Of a stretch of 52,849 nucleotides of DNA, positions 37,698-47,485 are shown piece by piece. Each line of letters begins with the position of its first letter. Positions within the stretch are counted from its first letter, which is position 1. Below the pieces are notes generated by a model that had not been told where the DNA came from, did not search any database, and saw only the letters and a program-made list of their open reading frames with translations. The DNA is taken from NCBI GenBank assembly GCA_041572575.1, contig JBFFSH010000006.1, positions 1 to 52,849 of the forward strand. The letters run 5' to 3'. The translations under genes were made by a program, and so were the position numbers. Origin of the DNA: Thermodesulfobacteriota bacterium (lineage in GTDB: Bacteria > Desulfobacterota_D > UBA1144 > Nemesobacterales > N074bin48).

Positions 37698-38582
37698 TTA
37701 TCCTATTATTCTTACCTCTGGTTCTAATTTTATACCTCTTATTTTGAGTGCATTTTCTTTTGCCAGATCAATGAGTTCCAACACTTCCGAGGCCTTTGCT
37801 GAGCCTGTATTTACGATAAAATTGCCATGAAGCTGCGATATTTGTGCTCCCCCTATTTCATAACCCTTGAGCCCAAGCTCCTCTATTAACCTTCCTGCCG
37901 CTATATTTTCAGGGTTTTTAAATATAGACCCTGTGTTTGACATCCTTATAGGCTGTGTTCTGCTTCTTTTTTCAAGATACTCTTTTACCTGTTTTTCGCT
38001 ATGCTGCCGGTCACCTTTTTCTAATTTAATCTCTGCTTTCATAACAACTGCATTTTCTGGTAAATTACTCTTTCTGTATTCAAAATTAAGCCCACTTCTA
38101 TTTACTATTTCTTCCTTACCGTCTATTAAAAGCCATACTTTTTTAATTACATCTTTTATCTCCGCATCATTAGCTCCGGCATTCATAAAGACTCCCCCAC
38201 CCAATGTGCCCGGAATTCCCGCTGCAAATTCAAAACCTGTAAGCGCTTTCCTGACTGTTTGATTCATTATGGTTCCCATATTTGCACCAGCCTCTGCGAC
38301 CACTTCTCCAGAATCTGTAATAGAAATAGATTTCATTTTTTTTGTTATGATCACAGCCTTTTCAATACCTTTATCAAGTATTATAGTGTTAGAGCCCTCT
38401 CCGAGAACAACCCACGGGTAACCCTCTTTAGTCAGCAGGTTGATAACCACTGCAAGCTGCTCAGAAGTTTTTGGATAGATAACAAAATTTGCACTCCCCC
38501 CTACCTTAAGCCACGTAAACCTGCTCATGGGATAGTCTGCAATGTATTCTATTCCTATTTTATCAAGCTTTGATTCAATCAA
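37698..38582 (-). CDS. murB: UDP-N-acetylenolpyruvoylglucosamine reductase
   Basis: KVGG, GEGSN, GIPGTLGG, MNAGA, GSIFKNP and HGNFIVN. Confidence 0.96.
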   Translation of the reverse strand: MIESKLDKIGIEYIADYPMSRFTWLKVGGSANFVIYPKTSEQLAVVINLLTKEGYPWVVLGEGSNTIILDKGIEKAVIITKKMKSISITDSGEVVAEAGANMGTIMNQTVRKALTGFEFAAGIPGTLGGGVFMNAGANDAEIKDVIKKVWLLIDGKEEIVNRSGLNFEYRKSNLPENAVVMKAEIKLEKGDRQHSEKQVKEYLEKRSRTQPIRMSNTGSIFKNPENIAAGRLIEELGLKGYEIGGAQISQLHGNFIVNTGSAKASEVLELIDLAKENALKIRGIKLEPEVRIIG

Positions 38583-39958
38583 CTTGTTTTTTTAAGCTCC
38601 TGTACTATTTTTTCGCCGACTGCCCAGATATTTCCTGCGCCAAGTGTTATCACTACATCACCCGGCTTTGCAGTACGTATAATTTTCTCAATAAGTTTAT
38701 TGTTATCACTGTAGTGATGCACATCTTTATTTCCTGCTTTTTTTATAGCCTCGGCAAGCAGTTTTGAATTCACATTTTTCATCTCCTTTTCACCCGCTGC
38801 ATAAACATCTGCAAGATAAAGAGGGCTTATGTTTTTAAATACACCGACAAATTCATCAAATAAATTTTTTGTTCTTGAATATCTGTGAGGCTGGAATATT
38901 ACTTTTAGCTTTCTGGGTGAAAATGAATTGAGTACGGCTTTAATTGTCACATCTATTTCTTTTGGATGATGACCGTAATCATCCACAACTGTAATACCGT
39001 TTACTATTCCTTTAACTTCAATCCTTCTTTCTATTCCGCCGAATTTTTCAAGTCCCTTATTGATATCATCAAACGACATTCCCAACTCATAACCGATTGC
39101 AAAAGCAACGAGAGAATTTAGAGCATTATGAATTCCCGGAAGCTGAATATGTACCAGCCCCTCCAGTTTATTCCCCCTATAAAGATTATATGATGTCTTT
39201 AGATAACTAAACTCAACATCTCTTGCTTGATAACAAGAATCTTTACCAAGACCATAAGTAACGTATCTCTTGTTATATGATTTTAACAGTTTCATGGCTC
39301 TTTTGTTGTCACCACATACGACCGCAAGCCCGTAAAAAGGTATTTTATTTATAAAATCTGAAAATGCATCATCGAGCTGCTGTGAGTCCTTATAATGATC
39401 CATATGCTCATCATCTATATTTGTAATAACTGCTATCACGGGAGAAAGCTTTAAAAATGAACCGTCACTTTCATCCGCCTCTACTACCATAAAACTTCCC
39501 TTGCCAAGATATGCATTAGTACCCAGTGATTGAATCCTGCCTCCTACTACCACAGTAGGATCAAATCCTCCAAAATCGAGAACAGAGGAAATCAATGATG
39601 TAGTCGTAGTCTTGCCATGGCTTCCGGCTACTGCTATGCCATATTTAAGCCTCATTAGCTCCGAGAGCATTTCAGCTCTTGGAATCACCGGGGTGCCAAG
39701 CTTATTTGCTTCAATTATCTCAGGATTTTTATCGGTTATTATTGATGAATATACGACAACATCCCTACCACGCACATTTTTTGCTTTATGGCCAATTGAA
39801 ACCTGAGCTCCAAGATCTTCCAGGCGCTCTATCACTTTAGAGGTTCTTATATCCGACCCTGTTACCGTGTATCCCATATTCAACATGACTTCGGCTATTC
39901 CGCTCATTCCTATTCCGCCAATCCCTACAAAATGTATTTTTTTTATACGTCCGTACAT
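38579..39958 (-). CDS. murC: UDP-N-acetylmuramate--L-alanine ligase
   Basis: HFVGIGGIGMSG, GSHGKTTT, EADESD, DDYGHHP and FQPHRYSRT. Confidence 0.97.
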   Translation of the reverse strand: MYGRIKKIHFVGIGGIGMSGIAEVMLNMGYTVTGSDIRTSKVIERLEDLGAQVSIGHKAKNVRGRDVVVYSSIITDKNPEIIEANKLGTPVIPRAEMLSELMRLKYGIAVAGSHGKTTTTSLISSVLDFGGFDPTVVVGGRIQSLGTNAYLGKGSFMVVEADESDGSFLKLSPVIAVITNIDDEHMDHYKDSQQLDDAFSDFINKIPFYGLAVVCGDNKRAMKLLKSYNKRYVTYGLGKDSCYQARDVEFSYLKTSYNLYRGNKLEGLVHIQLPGIHNALNSLVAFAIGYELGMSFDDINKGLEKFGGIERRIEVKGIVNGITVVDDYGHHPKEIDVTIKAVLNSFSPRKLKVIFQPHRYSRTKNLFDEFVGVFKNISPLYLADVYAAGEKEMKNVNSKLLAEAIKKAGNKDVHHYSDNNKLIEKIIRTAKPGDVVITLGAGNIWAVGEKIVQELKKTS

Positions 39959-41046
39959 GGTTGTAAATTTAATAGTTCATATATGTTTTCTATTACTACT
40001 TTTGAAGCATCAGGTTTTCCAAGCTCCTTTGCTTTTTGGGCCATTTTACTCAGTTTATTGTGATCTAGCAGATCCAGCATGAGACCACTAAACATCTGCA
40101 CGTCTAAGTCCTTATCTTCTATTAATAATGCCGCTCCATTTTCTTCTAACACTCTAGCGTTATGATACTGATGATTATGAGTAGCATAAGGAAATGGAAT
40201 CAAAACAGATGCCCTGCCAATACAGCAGATTTCAGCGAGTGTACCTGCACCAGATCTTGCAATAACAAGATCGGCATTTAAGTAATAACCCTCTATATTG
40301 GAAATGAACTTCAAAACCTGTGCATTTAAATTGTGTTTGGAATAAGATTGCAACACAGATTCATACTGTCTATCACCTGTTTGATGTACTATTTTGATAT
40401 TTATTTGCCCGTCAGCAGCAATCTGAGAAAGGCTCTTCGGCATTAATTCATTTAAATTTCTTGCCCCCTGGCTTCCCCCAAGTATTAGAACATTAAATTC
40501 ATCACTTTTAGTGTTATTGTTTCCATCTGAACATACAGAGATAAATTTGTTTTGAATAGGATTTCCACTGAGTACTGTTTTTTGATCATTAAAATAATTC
40601 TTGCTCTTTTCAAACGTAATAAACACTTTGTGAGCGAAATATGACAGTACTTTATTGGTCATACCCGGCACAGAGTTTTGCTCACAGATTACTCTTGGTA
40701 TCCTTTTTATAAATGCTGCAAGTACTACCGGACCCGAGACATAACCACCAACTCCAACTACTATCTCTGGCTTAAATTTGGCAAATATTTTTATGGATTC
40801 ATATATTCCGACAAATATATAGAACATACCTTTTAGCTTTAATATTATATTTTTGCCAAGTATCGGGTAAGACCTTATAAACTCTATTTTAAAACCTTTT
40901 TGTGGAATCAATTTCCCTTCCATACCTCTTTTAGTCCCTATAAATAAAACCTCATTATTTTCATCTGTATTCATAATCTGCTCTGCAAGAGCGACAGCGG
41001 GGAATATATGTCCACCGGTACCGCCTCCTGCTATTATCACTCTCAT
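39943..41046 (-). CDS. murG: Undecaprenyl-PP-MurNAc-pentapeptide GlcNAc transferase
   Basis: GGGTGGHIFP, GGYVSGP, EQN, GGSQGA and RSGA. Confidence 0.97.
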   Translation of the reverse strand: MRVIIAGGGTGGHIFPAVALAEQIMNTDENNEVLFIGTKRGMEGKLIPQKGFKIEFIRSYPILGKNIILKLKGMFYIFVGIYESIKIFAKFKPEIVVGVGGYVSGPVVLAAFIKRIPRVICEQNSVPGMTNKVLSYFAHKVFITFEKSKNYFNDQKTVLSGNPIQNKFISVCSDGNNNTKSDEFNVLILGGSQGARNLNELMPKSLSQIAADGQINIKIVHQTGDRQYESVLQSYSKHNLNAQVLKFISNIEGYYLNADLVIARSGAGTLAEICCIGRASVLIPFPYATHNHQYHNARVLEENGAALLIEDKDLDVQMFSGLMLDLLDHNKLSKMAQKAKELGKPDASKVVIENIYELLNLQPCTDV

Positions 41047-42185
41047 GTGATTCTTTTTTTAGAAACACTCAAGACTAGCCCAATAGCGCCAAGGCTGCTC
41101 ATGAGTGATGACCCTCCGTAGCTAATAAATGGCAGAGTAAGACCCTTGGTAGGGAAAACGCCTACTGACACGGCCATGTTGATGCCAGCCTGAAGTGCTA
41201 TGAGTAAAATACAGCCAAATGCCAGAAAGAATCCAAAAAAGTCCGGAGCATTGGCAGCTGTTTTAAAACCACGCACTATTAGCACAATAAATGCGATTAT
41301 TACAGATAGCACTCCTATAAAACCAAGTTCTTCTCCTACCAACGAGAATATAAAATCAGTATGCACCTGAGGCAGGTAGTAAAGTTTTTGTGTTCCTTCT
41401 CCAAGGCCTGAACCCGTTAGACCTCCAAGACAAAAAGCTACAAACGACTGTACTGTTTGATACCCCTGTCCCAGAGGATCTTTCCATGGATCTATGAATG
41501 AAAAGATTCTGTTCATCCTGTAATCTGCCGACATCACTGCAAATCCCATAAATAAGAGCGAAGTAAATCCCAGACCGAATATGTACTTAAAATTTATTTC
41601 AGCTATAAACATCATACAGCCAAAGAGTGTGATCAATATAACTACCATTCCAAAATCCGGCTGCATCATCATAAGAACTATATAAAGTCCTGTGATAATC
41701 AGATAGGGAACAATTGTTGCCGAAAACGACTGAGGCTTTTCCCTGTTCTTAGAAAAAAGATGTGCCAGGTAGACTACAAGAAAATATTTAGTAACTTCTG
41801 TAGGCTGAAAGCTAAAAAACCCAAGGTCGATCCACCTTCTTGCACCACCTACTTCTTTTCCAATCTGCGGAAACAGTACCAAAACCAAGAATATCAGCCC
41901 TGCAAAATACAGAAAAAATGCTATCTTTTTAAGCGCAGTATAGTTAATATTAGCTACAACCGTCATAACCAGCAGTCCTGCCCCCAGGTAGAATAAATGC
42001 CTTTTCAGGTAGTAGGTGGAATCATTAAACTTATCAAGCGCATAGATAGAGCTTGTACTATATACCATGAGAAGCCCAACTGATATGAGGTACAAAACTG
42101 ACAGTAGAATATATAAATCTATTCTTGTATTTTTTATATCAAAGACACTGAACAATTTGCTTAAATTTCCTCCCTCTTTCTTCAT
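41043..42185 (-). CDS. ftsW: SEDS peptidoglycan polymerase FtsW (start uncertain: ATG 42185 or TTG 42155)
   Basis: GARRW, QPTE, QPDFG, GYQ, HTDFIF and PFISYGGSS. Confidence 0.93.
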   Translation of the reverse strand: MKKEGGNLSKLFSVFDIKNTRIDLYILLSVLYLISVGLLMVYSTSSIYALDKFNDSTYYLKRHLFYLGAGLLVMTVVANINYTALKKIAFFLYFAGLIFLVLVLFPQIGKEVGGARRWIDLGFFSFQPTEVTKYFLVVYLAHLFSKNREKPQSFSATIVPYLIITGLYIVLMMMQPDFGMVVILITLFGCMMFIAEINFKYIFGLGFTSLLFMGFAVMSADYRMNRIFSFIDPWKDPLGQGYQTVQSFVAFCLGGLTGSGLGEGTQKLYYLPQVHTDFIFSLVGEELGFIGVLSVIIAFIVLIVRGFKTAANAPDFFGFFLAFGCILLIALQAGINMAVSVGVFPTKGLTLPFISYGGSSLMSSLGAIGLVLSVSKKRIT

Positions 42186-43464
42186 AAGAACTAAACATAT
42201 CAAAACTAGAACACGCCGGTGAAAAGAGCACTGTGTCACCCTGCTCTAAAGACTCAACCGCCTGCTCCACGGCTTTATCTAAAGAATCTACTACTTGTAA
42301 CGGTACAGAGCTTTTGTAAATATCTTTTATTTTTGAGCTTGCTTCACCCATTAAAATAAGCTGTTTAACTTTATCTGTAACCTGATCTTTGAACACTGAG
42401 TAATCAAGCCCCTTATCTTTTCCACCTGCTATGAGAATTACCGGTGGATCAAACGCTTCGAGCGCTTTTAGCGTAGAGTGTGGAGTGGTGGACTTTGAAT
42501 CATTAAAAAATCTTGCATTTTTAAATTCCCTTACATATTCAATCCTGTGTGGCAGGGAATTAAATTTTATGATTGAGTGCTTTATGGTCTCCGGAGTAGA
42601 TCCAAGCAGCCTTCCTACAACAATTGCGACCATTGCATTTTCCATATTGTGTCTGCCTACAAGCTTAAGGTCACTCAAATCATAATCATTCCCTTCATAG
42701 CTAACCACAAAATCTTCATAGTACGCATCCGCATAACTGCCTTTTCCAAATGTGACTACCCGGCAATTTAATTTATTAGGGATTTCTTTTAGCTGAGGAT
42801 CATCCGCATTAATTACGGCAATATCGTTTTCGGTTTGATTAGCAAATATTTTAGTTTTTGATTCTACATACTCTGTAAAGTCTTTATGATGATCCAGATG
42901 ATTTGGATAAATATTTAAACACACTGCAATATATGGTTTAAACTCTTTTATTCCCTGTAGCTGAAAACTGCTAAGCTCTAAAAGTATGTAATCGAACGAA
43001 CTGTCACTACCGGCGATTTCAATTAGAGGAGTGCCAATATTGCCTCCAAGGAATACACTAAAACCCGACGCCTCTAATATGTCAAAGATCATTGTAGTGG
43101 TTGTCGTTTTACCATTTGACCCCGTAACGCCAATGATAGGCTTTGTTATGTATTTTGAGGCAAGCTCAATTTCGCTTACTACTTCTATACCATTTTCAAT
43201 GGCTGTTTGTACAAAAGGAATAGTAAACGGTACACCGGGGCTAAGTACAATTGTATCTGGCCACAAAAATGTTTTATTCGTATGCCCGCCTAGCTCTACC
43301 ATCACTCCGTTTTCTCTAAACGTTTTAATTTCATCTTCGTAACCCACATCGGTCCTGCTGTCGCTTATTGCAACTAAAGCCCCCATTCCAAGCAAGAACT
43401 TAGCAGTAACAATACCTGTCTTTCCAAGGCCGACTACCAAATATTTTTTATCTTTAAGTTCCAT
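42139..43464 (-). CDS. murD: UDP-N-acetylmuramoyl-L-alanine--D-glutamate ligase
   Basis: GLGKTG, TGSNGKTTT, ELSSFQL, NDSKST and SPACSSFD. Confidence 0.97.
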   Translation of the reverse strand: MELKDKKYLVVGLGKTGIVTAKFLLGMGALVAISDSRTDVGYEDEIKTFRENGVMVELGGHTNKTFLWPDTIVLSPGVPFTIPFVQTAIENGIEVVSEIELASKYITKPIIGVTGSNGKTTTTTMIFDILEASGFSVFLGGNIGTPLIEIAGSDSSFDYILLELSSFQLQGIKEFKPYIAVCLNIYPNHLDHHKDFTEYVESKTKIFANQTENDIAVINADDPQLKEIPNKLNCRVVTFGKGSYADAYYEDFVVSYEGNDYDLSDLKLVGRHNMENAMVAIVVGRLLGSTPETIKHSIIKFNSLPHRIEYVREFKNARFFNDSKSTTPHSTLKALEAFDPPVILIAGGKDKGLDYSVFKDQVTDKVKQLILMGEASSKIKDIYKSSVPLQVVDSLDKAVEQAVESLEQGDTVLFSPACSSFDMFSSYEERGRKFKQIVQCL

Positions 43465-43489
43465 TATTTTCTTTTAATATCAGAATCCG

Positions 43490-44599
43490 CTACCTTATTT
43501 TTAATGTTGAAAATGCTATTAGAGCCAGCACAAGTGATATAATCCAAAACCTTATTACCACCTTGCTTTCCGACCACCCACTGAGCTCAAAGTGATGGTG
43601 CAGAGGTGCCATCTTAAAAATTCTTTTACCGGTAAGCTTAAAAGACATGACCTGTAAAATTACAGAAAGCACCTCGGCCACAAACAGACCGCCTACTATT
43701 ACAAGCAGAATCTCCTGCTTTATTACAACTGCCACAGAGCCAATCGCAGCTCCCAGCGCAAGCGATCCGACATCACCCATAAACACCTGGGCAGGGTGCG
43801 AGTTGTACCACAAAAACCCAAGACATGCTCCACCAACGGCTGCCAAAAATACAGCAAGTTCTCCACTACCTGCTATATAGGGAATCTGCAGATACCTCGC
43901 AAAAATTATATTTCCAGACAGATATGAAAACACCAGGTAAGTACCAACAACAACCGCTATAGACCCTATTGCCAGGCCATCGAGACCATCGGTAAGATTC
44001 ACTGCATTAGACGATCCCACTATCACAACTACTGCAAAAACTATATACAACGGCCCAAGATCAATAACGGCTTTTTTGAAAAACGGCAGCAGCACAGATG
44101 TGCTGGAGTAGCTTGAGATTTCGTTTAGTCTCAGTGACATTGTAAACCCTTTGCCATCTGAAACCAGCATCATCACAAGAGCTACTCCAAGGATTATTTG
44201 AATTAAAAATTTAACCCTTGCGCTCATACCCCTTCCCTTTTTCATTTTCATACTGTCATCCCAAAATCCGATTGCCGCAAAACTAATCGTGAAAAGCAAC
44301 ACAAACCATACGTACATAATGCTAAGATTAATCCAAAGAAGTGAAGCTATAATTACCGAAACTACTATAAATACGCCTCCCATAGTCGGAGTGCCTTGTT
44401 TGGAAAGGTGCGTTTTGGGACCGTCATCTCTAATACTTTCTTTAAGCTGTCTGTTTTTAAGAAAATCAATAAACTTTCCACCAAGCACTATACTTATCAA
44501 AAATGACGTGACCCCTGCACCGAAAGATCGAAACGTAATATATTTAAATACGTTAAAGATTACAACGCTGTCAAAATTAGAGTATAAGTAATATAACAT
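43490..44599 (-). CDS. mraY: Phospho-N-acetylmuramoyl-pentapeptide transferase
   Basis: GTPTMGG, NAVNLTDGLDGL, FMGDVGS and MAPLHHHFE. Confidence 0.98.
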   Translation of the reverse strand: MLYYLYSNFDSVVIFNVFKYITFRSFGAGVTSFLISIVLGGKFIDFLKNRQLKESIRDDGPKTHLSKQGTPTMGGVFIVVSVIIASLLWINLSIMYVWFVLLFTISFAAIGFWDDSMKMKKGRGMSARVKFLIQIILGVALVMMLVSDGKGFTMSLRLNEISSYSSTSVLLPFFKKAVIDLGPLYIVFAVVVIVGSSNAVNLTDGLDGLAIGSIAVVVGTYLVFSYLSGNIIFARYLQIPYIAGSGELAVFLAAVGGACLGFLWYNSHPAQVFMGDVGSLALGAAIGSVAVVIKQEILLVIVGGLFVAEVLSVILQVMSFKLTGKRIFKMAPLHHHFELSGWSESKVVIRFWIISLVLALIAFSTLKIR

Positions 44600-45978
44600 C
44601 AGGTTTTTTCCTGTACCCCCAAATGCCTGAGGATATTTTCCATCTTCATTCCTCTTGAACCTTTAATTAAAATTACATCCCCTTTTTTAGCTACATGTTT
44701 AATCTGATCGGCGATGATTTTATGATCATTGAAGCTGCCGCCCATAACACTGCCTTTAGTACCGTAATGAATAGTCTCACCAAGCTGTCCGTAGGTGAAG
44801 AGATAATCTATCCCTGCAGATGCTATATGTTTTCCTAATTCCTTGTGTTCTTTTTCTGCATCCTCTCCAAGTTCAAGCATATCACCCAAAACTGCAATCC
44901 TGTTAAAATCTCCATTCAATTCAGCAAGTATATTTATTGCGTTTTTCATAGAATCGGGATTTGCATTATAACAGTCGTTAATAATTCTAAGTCCGTCACT
45001 GGTATTGATAATTTCAAGCCTCATCTTAGGAAATTCAAACTTTTCCAGCGCATCTGCAATCTGCTCAATATCAATGCCCATGATCACTCCGGCACTTGCT
45101 GCACATAGCGCATTAGATACATTATGCAATCCAATATTCTTAAGCCTTACGAGATTTGTTTTGTCTCCTATTTTAAGTGTGAAATACGTTGAACTAAGGC
45201 CATCAGTGTTTATATCAGTTGCCTGTACATCGGCATCACCGCTTAATGAATATGTAATCTTCTTACATCTTGCGCCTGCTGCTATATCCAATACCCTTGG
45301 GTCATCTTTATTTACAATGAAGGTCTGCTCGGAATTAAAATTTTCGACAAGCTCACCTTTCGCCAGTTTTACGCCTTCAATCCCCCCTAGATTTCCAATA
45401 TGTGCCTTTCCAATATTAGTTATTATTCCTACATCAGGACTGCATATTTCTGATAGCCTCTTAATCTCACCAAACTGATTCATCCCAAGCTCAAGCACAG
45501 CTACTTGGTTTTCTGGCTGAAGGTTAAAAATTGTAAGAGGAAGTCCAATGAGGTTATTAAAGTTCCCTGTGTTTTTATGTACATTATATTTTTTAGATAC
45601 CACAGCAGAGACCATCTCCTTTGTAGTTGTCTTCCCATTTGAGCCTGTTATTGCAATTACCTTTAAGTTTTCAAAACCCTCTCTCCAGCTTTTTGCAAGA
45701 TTGCCCAAAGAGTTTAGTGTAGAACCAACTCTTATATACAGCTTGTTTGCTGGTTTTGATTTATCACATAATTGTTCCGCCACAACTCCTGCTGCCCCTC
45801 TGTTTATAGCATCGCAAATAAATTTATGGCCATCATAATTTTCACCTTTTAATGCAACAAACAACTGACCTTTCTCTATGGTTCTTGAGTCAGTAGAAAT
45901 ACCCGAAAACTCCATGTCCACGCCTTCTGACATGAGCTCTCCATTTGTAGATTTTAAAATAAATTTTGTATCTAACAT
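44599..45978 (-). CDS. murF: UDP-MurNAc-tripeptide--D-Ala-D-Ala ligase
   Basis: STDSR, TGSNGKTTTKE, NFNNLIG, NDCYNANP and KGSRG. Confidence 0.96.
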   Translation of the reverse strand: MLDTKFILKSTNGELMSEGVDMEFSGISTDSRTIEKGQLFVALKGENYDGHKFICDAINRGAAGVVAEQLCDKSKPANKLYIRVGSTLNSLGNLAKSWREGFENLKVIAITGSNGKTTTKEMVSAVVSKKYNVHKNTGNFNNLIGLPLTIFNLQPENQVAVLELGMNQFGEIKRLSEICSPDVGIITNIGKAHIGNLGGIEGVKLAKGELVENFNSEQTFIVNKDDPRVLDIAAGARCKKITYSLSGDADVQATDINTDGLSSTYFTLKIGDKTNLVRLKNIGLHNVSNALCAASAGVIMGIDIEQIADALEKFEFPKMRLEIINTSDGLRIINDCYNANPDSMKNAINILAELNGDFNRIAVLGDMLELGEDAEKEHKELGKHIASAGIDYLFTYGQLGETIHYGTKGSVMGGSFNDHKIIADQIKHVAKKGDVILIKGSRGMKMENILRHLGVQEKT

Positions 45979-45994
45979 GTTAGCAATTCTTAAA

Positions 45995-47485
45995 CTAAGC
46001 TATCTCCTTTAAAGCTCTTTCACATGCCTGCTTGTCATCAAAATGAATTTTCTGATTGCCTATAATCTGATAATCTTCATGACCTTTGCCCGCAACAACT
46101 ATGGTGTCATTTTCTTCAGATATCTGTACTGATTTAAGTATGGCTTCATACCTGTCTGTTATCATAAAATATTCATGCTGCTTCAAACCTGCTTGTTTTA
46201 TTCCATTTTCAATATCTAATATTATTTTCTCAGGATCTTCAGATCTTGGATTATCAGATGTGACAATCACAATATCAGCAACCTCGGCAGCAACAGTTCC
46301 CATCATAGGTCTTTTTTCTTTATCCCGGTCACCTCCACAACCAAAAACAACTATAAGCCTGCCCCGGCATAAACTTTTTACTGAAACCAGTACATTTCCA
46401 AGAGCATCGGGAGTGTGGGCGTAATCGACAAATATATTTATCCCCTTAGAATTACTTACTCTTTGCAGCCTGCCCGGAACATTTTTAAGAGTTGCTATAC
46501 CTTTTGCAATATCATCCGCCGAGACTCCCGCACCGACAGCACAAGCTACTGAGGCTAAAATATTTGATAAATTATGCCTTCCAAGAAGCTCCGAATTTAT
46601 TTCTACCTCTCCAGCCGGTGTTACTGCCCTTGCCTTTATTCCATCTGTACTAATCTGTATATCTTTTGCATAAATGTCTGCTACAGGGTTATCAATAGAA
46701 TAAAATAATATATTGCCATCAAACCCTTCTACTATCTTTTTTCCATAGGGATCATCGTAGTTTGAAACTGCAATTTTATTATCCTTACAAGAATGTGCCA
46801 GCACATTTGAAAAAAGCCTCTTCTTTGCCAGGAAATAAGAACCAATATCCTTATGATAATCCAGATGGTCCTGGGTGAGGTTTGTAAAAACAGCACAGTC
46901 AATGTTTGAATAATCAAGTCTCTTCTTATCCAGCGCATGTGATGAGGCTTCAACCACGACATGCTGGACCCCGGACTCCTTCATTTCAAAAAACATATGC
47001 TGCAGCTCTTTTGAAAGCGGCGTAGTCAGGCTGGAAGGATACTGCCTGTTATTATATCTATAATTTATTGTTCCAATTACACCTACTATTTGATTTTCCC
47101 CCGTACAAATAGATTCTAGTATATAAGTAATCGTTGTTTTACCGTTTGTTCCAGTGACAGCAGTAATTCTTATATCTTTTGTAGGATCTCCATAATACTT
47201 TGAAGATAAATAGGCAAGCGCATCAAGAGAATCCTTGACCTCAACAATTGTCACAGACTCAGGTTGTTTTTCCCCCGCCGAATCTTCAACAACTATTACG
47301 CCTGCCCCCCTATTAACTGCGTCACTAATATATCTATGTCCATCGAGCTTTTCACCTTTAATTGCAACAAAAAGTGAATTCTTATTAACCTCCCTCGAGC
47401 TGTATTCTATACTCTCTACAACCTTGAATTTATCTCCATTTATTAATTTGCATTCATAGCCCTGCAGCAAATCACTTAGGTTCAT
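45995..47485 (-). CDS. murE: UDP-MurNAc-dipeptide--meso-DAP ligase
   Basis: TGTNGKTT, EASSHAL, DYAHTPD, DNPR (DAP-specific) and AGKGHE. Confidence 0.97.
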   Translation of the reverse strand: MNLSDLLQGYECKLINGDKFKVVESIEYSSREVNKNSLFVAIKGEKLDGHRYISDAVNRGAGVIVVEDSAGEKQPESVTIVEVKDSLDALAYLSSKYYGDPTKDIRITAVTGTNGKTTITYILESICTGENQIVGVIGTINYRYNNRQYPSSLTTPLSKELQHMFFEMKESGVQHVVVEASSHALDKKRLDYSNIDCAVFTNLTQDHLDYHKDIGSYFLAKKRLFSNVLAHSCKDNKIAVSNYDDPYGKKIVEGFDGNILFYSIDNPVADIYAKDIQISTDGIKARAVTPAGEVEINSELLGRHNLSNILASVACAVGAGVSADDIAKGIATLKNVPGRLQRVSNSKGINIFVDYAHTPDALGNVLVSVKSLCRGRLIVVFGCGGDRDKEKRPMMGTVAAEVADIVIVTSDNPRSEDPEKIILDIENGIKQAGLKQHEYFMITDRYEAILKSVQISEENDTIVVAGKGHEDYQIIGNQKIHFDDKQACERALKEIA

